The notes beneath the pieces are model-generated. The model did not search any database. It was not told the DNA's origin and saw only the letters and a list, made by a program, of their open reading frames with translations. Shown one piece after another: positions 47,148 to 56,200 of a DNA stretch of 64,000 nucleotides. Source of the DNA: Alkalispirochaeta sp. (GTDB taxonomy: Bacteria > Spirochaetota > Spirochaetia > DSM-27196 > Alkalispirochaetaceae); the NCBI GenBank assembly GCA_965242725.1, contig CBDESZ010000012.1, positions 1 through 64,000 on the forward strand, in the 5' to 3' direction. The position numbers and the translations under genes are program-made. Every line of letters begins with the position of its first letter. Positions within the stretch are counted from its first letter, which is position 1.

Positions 47148-50138
47148 CTAGTCACCACCCAATACTTGCTTCACTACTGGAACGATCACTTCTTTTGCCA
47201 TGTTGATGATTTTTCCGATGAATTCGCCAGCTTCGCGTCCCAGCTGAGACGCGTCATCTGGCGGGGCTTCTGGTGGTGACTCCGCTCCGGTAGGCTTCAC
47301 CGCGTCGGCGGCTCCGATCACGACGTTTACCCTGTAACGAATCTGGGCCGCAGGATCTGGCGTAGCCAGCATGCGACCATGCTCCAGGATTTTGTTTCGC
47401 ACACGAACGACAGTGTCCGCTATGCGACCAATCAGGCCTTTAGACTCAGCGTCATTTCCATCCCCTTTCGTCGCTTCCAACCCCCACAAATCCACAAAGT
47501 TCACTGGGTCACCGCCCACGTAGGCGTACCAGTTCCAGCCGTCCTGAATGGGATCTCTGCTCAGGAACTTGCCCGTGTCCGCATCGTACCACCGGGCTCC
47601 AAAGTAGGTAAGACCCGTTGCCTGGTCGTAAAGGTGGCCGGTGAAGCCCACGCTGTTGTAGGGCTCAAAGATGCCGGCCATGGCCCTCCCGTAGGCGTCC
47701 CAGGCGTAGCGGGCGACCGGTTCGCCGTGGCGGTCGGTGATCGCTATGGGGCTGCCCAACCGGTCGGTGTGGTAGTACATCACCCCGCCTTTGGTGTGGA
47801 GAAATCCCTCCGGGCCCGGCTCTCGTCTGCCGTGAAAGCCGTACATCTTTACCGCAATGAGGCGCCCGGCAACGTGGAAGTACTCCTTGTACGGATTCGC
47901 CTCCCCGCCCTCGCTCACATCGTATTCCGCTAACAGGGTCCGCTCGTGCCAGAGGTAGGCGCTGCGATCGGTGCTGCGTGGGGTCATTCGTTCTTCGGTG
48001 GTTTCCACCCGGGATACCATTCGTCCAAAGGCGTCATAACCGTAGCGTACGGTGACCCCGTCGGCGGTGCGCGCTTCGATCAGCTCTCCCCGGCTGTTCC
48101 AGCTCAAGGTTGTCGTGCCGCCGGGGGTACGCTTCTCCCGGACCTCCCCGGCACGGGTGTATTCGTAGTCGATGGATCCCGCGTCCACCAGGCGGTTGAG
48201 GCCTTCGTATTCAAACTGATCCCACGAGCCGTCGCGGGTACGGCGCTCGATGTTGGCCGCGTCGTCGTAGTCCCAGGTCTCATGTTCCACGAGGGGCGGA
48301 AAGGTTACCTCCCTGTCCCACGCCTCGCCGCCGGGATCCCCCAGGCCGGGCGGTCCCTGATCATCCGCTCTCCCCTGCCCGGGATGGGTCGCCTCAGGAA
48401 CACCGCTGTAGATGGCACCATACCCAATCGCGTGTCCCGGCGGAAACTGTCCGTCCTGCCAGGAGCGGATGTTTGCCGTGAGTTCACGCGGGTATGACGC
48501 TTCCTCGAGCCGTCCCGCCTCGTCGTAGCGGTAACTCCAGCGGTACTGGGCTTCCCGCATCTCCTTGAGTCGCTGGTCGGGGTAGTAGGCAAAGCTGCGC
48601 TCCAGAAGAGTTCCGGTTGGGCCGTTCCAGCTATAGGTTTTGAGGAGGTTGTCGGGATCGTAAGTGAGATGGGCGGCCGTGCCGTTTGCGTAGTCCAGCT
48701 GCGTCAGGCGGCCGCGATCGTCCCAGTCCAGGACGGCGCCGATGCCATGGGGTGCGCTCAACCGTTCGGTCCTGCCCGCCGGATCACGCTCGTAGGTGAC
48801 CACCTCTCCTTCGGGGGTTGTCATGGTCGCGAGGTTTCCGAGCTCGTCGTAGCCGTAGAGGATCCGTTTCCCGATATCCTCGTAGGTAACCGCAGAAAGG
48901 CGGCCCGCCTCGTTGTACGCAAAGCGCTCCCGCATGTCCGGATCGTCCGCTACAGTCAGGCGGCCCGCCGCGTCGTAGGCAAAGCTCACCGTCTCATCGG
49001 GATAGACCACCGATTCCAGAAGCCCCCGGCTGTTCCGGCGGTAGACCACCGTGCCCGCCACGGAATCACGTTTCTCTTTCACCCGGCCGGCCTCGTCATA
49101 GACATACTCCACCCGCCGCTCCGCATCGACCATGCTCGCCACGAGGCCCGAACCATTGTAGTTCCACTGGAAAACGCGGTTCTCAGGACCTACCATGCGG
49201 CGCACAAATCCCCGGGGGTCGTACTCCAGGTACTCCGAGACGATACCGCCCGGCTCCTCCACCCGATCCAATCTCCCGGCATTGTCGTAGTGGTAGTTTG
49301 TGGTTCCCTCCGGTCCAGCGGCGCGTTCAATCCTCCCCGCCAGGTCGTAGACGTACTCCCGGATCCCCCGGCCGGGGATGGTTTCGGTGCGGATCTGTCC
49401 GTTGGGGTGGTAGGTATACTCCCACACACCCGCCTCCGGCGGATTGTAGGCGGTCACATCTCCGGCAAGGTTGACCGTCCATTCGTAATGCGCCTCCGTG
49501 GCGTCGGTGTAGAACTCCAGGTGCCCCAGGGGGTTGTAGCTCCAGGAGTGGGCGCCGCTGCCCGGCTGGTCGTAGTAGACCAGGTTGCCCGCCGCGTCCC
49601 AGCGGTAGAGATGGGTCTCCCCGGCGCTGTCGGTGACGACCACTTCCCTGCTGTCGGGTGACCAGTCGTAGGTGGTACTCCGCTCTCCCGTCGGCTTCTC
49701 CGCGATCAGCCTCCCCGCGGCGTCATAGGTCATTTCCGTCCTGCCCGTGGCGGGGCTGTCGATAACCGACAGATTGCCCCACTGGTCGTAGCCCAGGCTC
49801 GTCGTTTCTCCCTCGCCATTGGCAACGCTGCGGGGGAGTCCCAACGGACCGTACCCGGAATAGTACCGGGTGCGTTCATCCGGATCGGCGGCGGCGGTGA
49901 GATTTCCGCGCTCGTCATAGGAGTAGACCCATGCACCGGAGATCCCGTCGATCTGGACGCGCCGCAGCTGGTTGTACTCATCACCCCATTCATATTGCCG
50001 GCTCACCTGGTCGGGGCCGGTGGAGCGCACCACGTTCTTTCGTTCATCATACACAAAGGTCCATCGGCGCCCCGTCTCATCGATCACGGCGGTGCGGTTG
50101 TAGCGATTGCCCGGGTCGGTGTATCGGTCCTGGATCAT
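47148..50138 (-). CDS. Orphan Rhs cassette 2 with an amphipathic-helix C-terminal domain
   Basis: 996 aa, near-identical to the main core from YTDPGNRY onward; unique CT after DLWGL. Confidence 0.92.
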   Translation of the reverse strand: MIQDRYTDPGNRYNRTAVIDETGRRWTFVYDERKNVVRSTGPDQVSRQYEWGDEYNQLRRVQIDGISGAWVYSYDERGNLTAAADPDERTRYYSGYGPLGLPRSVANGEGETTSLGYDQWGNLSVIDSPATGRTEMTYDAAGRLIAEKPTGERSTTYDWSPDSREVVVTDSAGETHLYRWDAAGNLVYYDQPGSGAHSWSYNPLGHLEFYTDATEAHYEWTVNLAGDVTAYNPPEAGVWEYTYHPNGQIRTETIPGRGIREYVYDLAGRIERAAGPEGTTNYHYDNAGRLDRVEEPGGIVSEYLEYDPRGFVRRMVGPENRVFQWNYNGSGLVASMVDAERRVEYVYDEAGRVKEKRDSVAGTVVYRRNSRGLLESVVYPDETVSFAYDAAGRLTVADDPDMRERFAYNEAGRLSAVTYEDIGKRILYGYDELGNLATMTTPEGEVVTYERDPAGRTERLSAPHGIGAVLDWDDRGRLTQLDYANGTAAHLTYDPDNLLKTYSWNGPTGTLLERSFAYYPDQRLKEMREAQYRWSYRYDEAGRLEEASYPRELTANIRSWQDGQFPPGHAIGYGAIYSGVPEATHPGQGRADDQGPPGLGDPGGEAWDREVTFPPLVEHETWDYDDAANIERRTRDGSWDQFEYEGLNRLVDAGSIDYEYTRAGEVREKRTPGGTTTLSWNSRGELIEARTADGVTVRYGYDAFGRMVSRVETTEERMTPRSTDRSAYLWHERTLLAEYDVSEGGEANPYKEYFHVAGRLIAVKMYGFHGRREPGPEGFLHTKGGVMYYHTDRLGSPIAITDRHGEPVARYAWDAYGRAMAGIFEPYNSVGFTGHLYDQATGLTYFGARWYDADTGKFLSRDPIQDGWNWYAYVGGDPVNFVDLWGLEATKGDGNDAESKGLIGRIADTVVRVRNKILEHGRMLATPDPAAQIRYRVNVVIGAADAVKPTGAESPPEAPPDDASQLGREAGEFIGKIINMAKEVIVPVVKQVLGGD

Positions 50139-50198
50139 GAATATCGAACGTGCGTTCTGTCACGATTTTTCACCGTGCCGAGAGCGCTACCCGGATCG
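50131..50198. repeat. Orphan-cassette leader repeat, copy C
   Basis: tggatcatgaatatcgaacgtgcgttctgtcacgatttttcaccgtgccgagagcgctacccggatcg. Confidence 0.85.
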
Positions 50199-50376
50199 GT
50201 GGGCGTGTCGGTTAGATTTTATTTTTCACCGAAAGCCCCCTATACCTAAGCGAACCTATCAGATCGCCTGCGTGCATCTTTGAGGCCGTAAGTAATGGGC
50301 TCAGTGTGAAAACGGTTACTCCTTGACTTTTCGCCCGTTTGCCCTGGACTATTTTGGACGAGAAAAATTATTGCAA

Positions 50377-50625
50377 TCAGTAAGCGAAAAAAGAGACTAT
50401 TACCACAAGTCCTGCAATTCCGTATAACGCCCAAAATAAAAGTCCTTCCCACGGAATTCTACGCTTTTCCCTACAAATCCTGAAGTAGTTACCTAGAGCA
50501 CTACTACCCAAATGAGTTCTTAACCAACGTCGGTCAAATGTCATATATTGCGCTAAGAACGGCAAAATCCTAAAGTAATAAAGAAGTAGAGCACCCGCAA
50601 TTGATACAATCAATATCCACAACAT
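50377..50625 (-). CDS. Putative 2-TM immunity protein
   Basis: 82 aa, MLWILIVSIAGALLLYYF...LLFWALYGIAGLVVIVSFFAY; starts 1 bp after the CT stop. Confidence 0.7.
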   Translation of the reverse strand: MLWILIVSIAGALLLYYFRILPFLAQYMTFDRRWLRTHLGSSALGNYFRICREKRRIPWEGLLFWALYGIAGLVVIVSFFAY

Positions 50626-50626
50626 A

Positions 50627-52592
50627 CTATCGTAAAGTCCTTGCATTGCGTGTATATGAGCCACCGCTATATCGTACGCGCGAGGCTGCTTCGCCGGCAG
50701 CGCGAAAACCAGGGTTGTCCACTGTATATGTCAGGGACGCCGATACTGAAACGGGTAATAACGACGATCCTCCACTCGAATTCGCTGTCAATTGTGAGGA
50801 TCGCCCCGTAGACGTTCTTGTCCCACTCAACGTCACTTGCGGTGTTACCGTAATTGGAGCTCCGAAAGTTGCACTCCCACTAATTGAAGCGCCATACATA
50901 TCATGCATCGTCGCACCCGGATAATTCGAAACACGCCTTCCAAAATCGATACCTATATCTGTTTCTACAATAGCAGAAACTTCAAATAGCCGTTTGGTTT
51001 CGACCGGCACACCACCCTGGTACTCTGTAGCTGTGCTTGTAGCAACTCCCAAACCAATCCCTGCATAAGTCTCTATATACCTAGAGTCCACTGATACTCC
51101 TGTAAAATCCGGTTCCGGCGGTTTCCCATTCCCCGGCACCGCCAGGGCCTCGGGCTCTCTTTCCAACCCCCACATATCCACGAAGTTCACCGGGTCACCG
51201 CCCACGTAGGCATACCAGTTCCAGCCGTCCTGTATGGGATCTCTACTCAGGAACTTGCCCGTCTCCGCATCGTACCACCGGGCTCCAAAGTAGGTAAGAC
51301 CCGTCGCCTGGTCGTAGAGGTGGCCGGTGAAGCCTACGCTGTTGTAGGGCTCAAAGATGCCGGCCATCGCCCTCCCGTAGGCGTCCCAGGCGTAGCGGGC
51401 GACCGGTTCGCCGTGGCGGTCGGTGATCGCCACGGGGCTGCCCAGCCGGTCGAGGTGGTAGTACATCACCCCGCCCTTGGTGTGGAGAAATCCCTCCGGG
51501 CCTGGCTCCCGTCTGCCGTGAAAGCCATGCATCTTCACCGCAATGAGGCGCCCGGCAACGTGGAAGTACTCTTTGTACGGACTCGCCTCCCCGCCCTCGC
51601 TCACATCGTATTCCGCAAGGAGGGTCCGCTCGTGCCAGAGGTAGGCGCTGCGCTCGGCGGTCGGGGGGATCTCGCCGTCGGCGGGTGTGGCTGTGCGGCT
51701 CACCATTCGCCCAAAGGCGTCATAACCGTAGCGTACGGTGACCCCGTCTGCCGTACTCGCTTCGATCAGCTCTCCCCGGCTGTTCCAGCTCAAGGTTGTC
51801 GTGCCGTCGGGGGAGCGCTTCTCCCGGACCTCACCCGCACGGGTGTACTCGTAGTCGATGGACCCCGCTGCCACCAGGCGGTTGAGCCCTTCGTAGGTAA
51901 ACTCATCCCACGAGCCGTCGCGGGTGCGGCCCTCGATGTTGGCCGCATCGTCGTAGTCCCAGGTCTCACGTTCCACCAACGGAGGGAAGGTAATTTCGTT
52001 GTCCCACGCCTCGCCTCGTCCCACGTTCTCCGCTCTCCCCTGTCCCGGGTGTGTCGTCTCGGGAACGCCGGTGTAAATGGCACCGTATCGCGTGTCCCGG
52101 GGGAAACTGTCCGTTCTGCCACGATCTGATGTTCCCGGTGAGCTCGCTTGGATATGAGGCGTCATCAAGCCGTCCCGCCTCGTCGTAATCATAACTCCAG
52201 CGATACTGGGCTTCCCGCATCTCTTTGAGTCGCTGGTCGGGGTAGTAGGCAAAGCTGCGCTCCAGAAGGGTTCCGGTTGTGCCGTTCCAGCTATAGTTTT
52301 TCAGAAGATTGTCGGGATCGTAAGTGATATGAGCGGCCGTCCCGTTTGCGTAGTCCAACCGTGAGAGGCGCCCGCGATCATCCCAATCCAGGACCGCGCC
52401 GATACCGTGGGGTGCGCTGAACCGTTCGGTCCGTCCCGCCGGGTCGCGCTCGTAGGTGACCACCTCTCCTTCGGGGGTTGTCATGGTCGAGAGGTTTCCG
52501 AGCTCGTCGTTGCCGTAGAGGATCCGTTTCCCGATATCCTCGTAGGTTGCCGTAGTGACACGTTCCTCAAATTCCACCGATACTGTGCCCAC
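50627..52592 (-). pseudogene. Orphan Rhs cassette 1 with a beta-strand-rich C-terminal domain; frameshifted by a ~5-nt deletion at ~52088
   Basis: Core homology starts at TYEDIGKR. GHA[VG]YG is broken. The CT is Ser/Thr/Gly/Val-rich. Confidence 0.85.
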
Positions 52593-52765
52593 CCCCCAGG
52601 AGAAAGCGCCGTCTGCTTTTGACCAGCGTCGTCATCCTAGCTCACGTACCGGATACCAGATCGTCGACCCAATGACACGGACTGCTTCGACGGCCGAGAA
52701 ATCGAGGCGATTACCAGTCTTGTTATCCGCAGTACAATTCAACCGAATTTCAGTCAGATTCCCCA

Positions 52766-53149
52766 TTACTGCATTTCCTCCAGAGAATACCCTGAGCTGC
52801 GGTCCTTGGTACTCATCGATATTTTCACTAACGCGTCTGCAAGGTGGGATATTTCGATCACTTCAAGTACGACAAAAAAAGCTGTTAGGAAAGATAGTCC
52901 GGCGCCGACCATTCGGAGCGATAGGGACCCGTCAAACCAGATCGCGCCAAGTGGGCGGGATAGAGTGATGACCAGAAAAACTACAACACCCGCAACCAAT
53001 AGCCTCTTGGCTTTTCGTAATCGCCTATTGAGTTCTTCGATGTTCGATATTTTTGATATTACATTCTTTCCGACGACTATTGCCTGAATACCGGTCCCTA
53101 AAAAGGACAACCCGAATATTGCAAGGATTATCAGCATAATTTCTTTCAT
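52766..53149 (-). CDS. Putative 3-TM immunity protein of the main Rhs
   Basis: MKEIMLIILAIFGLSFLG..., GGAGG RBS, three hydrophobic segments, AT-rich. Confidence 0.78.
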   Translation of the reverse strand: MKEIMLIILAIFGLSFLGTGIQAIVVGKNVISKISNIEELNRRLRKAKRLLVAGVVVFLVITLSRPLGAIWFDGSLSLRMVGAGLSFLTAFFVVLEVIEISHLADALVKISMSTKDRSSGYSLEEMQ

Positions 53150-53213
53150 GGTACCTCCAATATTTTTCCGGTTCGCAATTTCGGCTGGAGCCGAGGCCAC
53201 TGATATATATCTT

Positions 53214-56200
53214 TCACCATTGTTGAATCCGGTCGATCAAGGCGTTCACTGCGCGACGGGTGCGATCAAGGCCACTCCCCTCCGCGAGATCGTAGCCCAA
53301 ATATGCCGTACCCGCTGCCGCTACAAGAAAGGGTGCGGCCGCTCCGGCACCAGATGCTGCGGCAGCAGCATATGAAGCACCGGCTAATACGCCAGCCTTA
53401 ACGACGCTCGTCGCTAACGCGGAACCGACGGAAGCAAACGTACCCGCAGCTCCAAATGCTGCGGTAGCCGCTTCGATTTCGATTTTTGACGCTTCTCGTG
53501 GTTGATTCTGTTCAGCCGCAAGTGTTTCCATCTGACGCACATCAGCATACGGATTTCTCTCTATGCTATTCCCCGGCACCGCCAGGGCCTCGGGCTCTCT
53601 TTCCAACCCCCACATATCCACGAAGTTCACCGGGTCACCGCCCACGTAGGCATACCAGTTCCAGCCGTCCTGTATGGGATCTCTACTCAGGAACTTGCCC
53701 GTCTCCGCATCGTACCACCGGGCTCCAAAGTAGGTAAGACCCGTCGCCTGGTCGTAGAGGTGGCCGGTGAAGCCTACGCTGTTGTAGGGCTCAAAGATGC
53801 CGGCCATCGCCCTCCCGTAGGCGTCCCAGGCGTAGCGGGCGACCGGTTCGCCGTGGCGGTCGGTGATCGCCACGGGGCTGCCCAGCCGGTCGAGGTGGTA
53901 GTACATCACCCCGCCCTTGGTGTGAAGAAAACCGTCAGGGCCCGGCTCCCGTCTGCCGTGAAAGCCGTACATCTTCACCGCAATGAGGCGCCCGGCAACG
54001 TGGAAGTACTCTTTGTACGGACTCGCCTCCCCGCCCTCGCTCACATCGTATTCCGCAAGGAGGGTCCGCTCGTGCCAGAGGTAGGCGCTGCGCTCGGCGG
54101 TCGGGGGGATCTCGCCGTCGGCGGGTGTGGCTGTGCGGCTCACCATTCGTCCAAAGGCGTCATACCCGTAGCGTACGGTTACGCCGTCGGCGGTGCGCGC
54201 TTCAACCAGCTCTCCCCGGCTGTTCCAGCCCAAGGTTGTCGTACCGTCGGGGGAGCGCTTCTCTTTGACCTCCCCGGCCCGGGTGTATTCGTACTCAATC
54301 ATCCCCGCTTTCACCAGACGGTTGAGCCCTTCGTAGGTGAACTGGTCCCACGAACCGTCGCGGGTGCGGCGCTCGATGTTGGCCGCGTCGTCGTACTTCC
54401 AGGTCTCACGTTCCACCAACGGCGGGAAGGTAATTTCGTTGTCCCGCGCCTCGCCGCCGGGATCCCCGAGGCCGGGCGGTCCCTGATCATCCGCTCTCCC
54501 CTGCCCGGGATGGGTCGCCTCAGGAACACCGGTGTAAATGGCACCATACCCAACCGCGTGTCCCGGCGGAAACTGTCCGTCCTGCCACGATCTGATGTTC
54601 CCGGTGAGCTCGCTTGGATATGAGGCGTCATCGAGCCGTCCCGCCTCGTCGTAGTCATAACTCCAGCGATACTGGGCTTCCCGCATCTCTTTGAGTCGTT
54701 GGTCGGGGTAGTAGGCAAAGCTGCGGTCCAGAAGGGTTCCGGCCGGTCCGTTCCAGCTATAGGTTTTCAGGAGGTTGTCGGGATCGTAGGTAAGGTGGGC
54801 GCTTGTCCCGTTTGCGTAGTCCAGCCGCGTCAGGCGACCGCGATCATCCCAGTCCAGAACGGCGCCGATGCCGTGGGGTGCGCTGAACCGTTCGGGCCGG
54901 CCCGCCGGATCACGCTCGTAGGTGATCACCTCTCCTTCGGGGGTTGTCATGGTCGCGAGGTTTCCGAGCTCGTCGTAGCCGTAGAGGATCCGTTTCCCGA
55001 TATCCTCATAGGTAACCGCAGAAAGGCGGCCCGCCTCGTTGTACGCAAAGCGCTCCCGCATGTCCGGATCGTCCGCAACGGTCAGGCGGCCCGCCGCATC
55101 GTAGGCAAAGCTCACCGTCTCATCGGGATAGACCACCGATTCCAGAAGCCCCCGGCTGTTCCGGCGGTAGACCACCGTGCCCGCCACGGAATCACGTTTC
55201 TCTTTCACCCGGCCGGCCTCGTCATAGACATACTCCACCCGCCGCTCCGCATCGACCATGCTCGCCACGAGGCCCGAGCCGTTGTAGTTCCACTGGAAGA
55301 CGCGGTTCTCAGGATCGGTCATGCGGCGCACATATCCCCGGGGATCGTACTCCAGATACTCCGAGACGATGCCGCCCGGCTCCTCCACCCGATCCAATCT
55401 GCCGGCGCTGTCGTAGTGGTAGTTCGTGGTGCCCTCGGGGCCCGCGACTCGTTCAATCCTCCCCGCCGGGTCGTAGACGTACTCCCGGCTCCCCCGTCCG
55501 GGGATGGTCTCGGTACGGATCTGTCCGTTGGGGTGGTAGGTATACTGCCACACACCCGCCTCCGGCGGATTGTAAGCGGTCACATCTCCGGCAAGGTTGA
55601 CCGTCCATTCGTAATGCGCTTCCGTCGCGTCGGTGTAGAACTCCAGGTGCCCCAGGGGGTTGTAGCTCCAGGAGTGGGCGCCGCTGCCCGGTTGATCGTA
55701 GTAGACCAGGTGACCTGCCGCGTCCCAGCGATAGAGATGGGTCTCCCCGGCGCTGTCGGTGACGGCCACCTCTCTGCTGTCGGGCGACCAGTCGTAGGTG
55801 GTGCTCCGTTCACCCGTCGGCCTCACCGCAATCAGCCGCCCGGCAGCGTCATAGGTCATTACCGTCCTGCCCGTGGCGGGACTGTCGATAACCGACAGAT
55901 TGCCCCACTGGTCGTAGCCCAGGCTGGTCGTTTCTCCCTCGCCATTGGCGACTGTGTGGGGGAGGCCCAACGGACCGTATCCTGCATAGTACCGGGTGCG
56001 TTCGTCCGGGTCGGCGGCGGCGGTGAGATTCCCGCGCTCGTCATAGGAGTAGACCCACGCACCGGAGATCCCGTCGATCTGGACGCGCCGCAGCTGGTTG
56101 TACTCCTCACCCCACTCATATTGCCGGCTCACCTGGTCGGGGCCGGTGGAGCGCACCACGTTCTTTCGTTCATCATACACAAAGGTCCATCGGCGCCCGG

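Noticed and set aside
41281..50198. Integron attC sites or CRISPR repeats
   Set aside because: No RYYYAAC/GTTRRRY ends, no integrase or cas genes, and the spacing is in kilobases.
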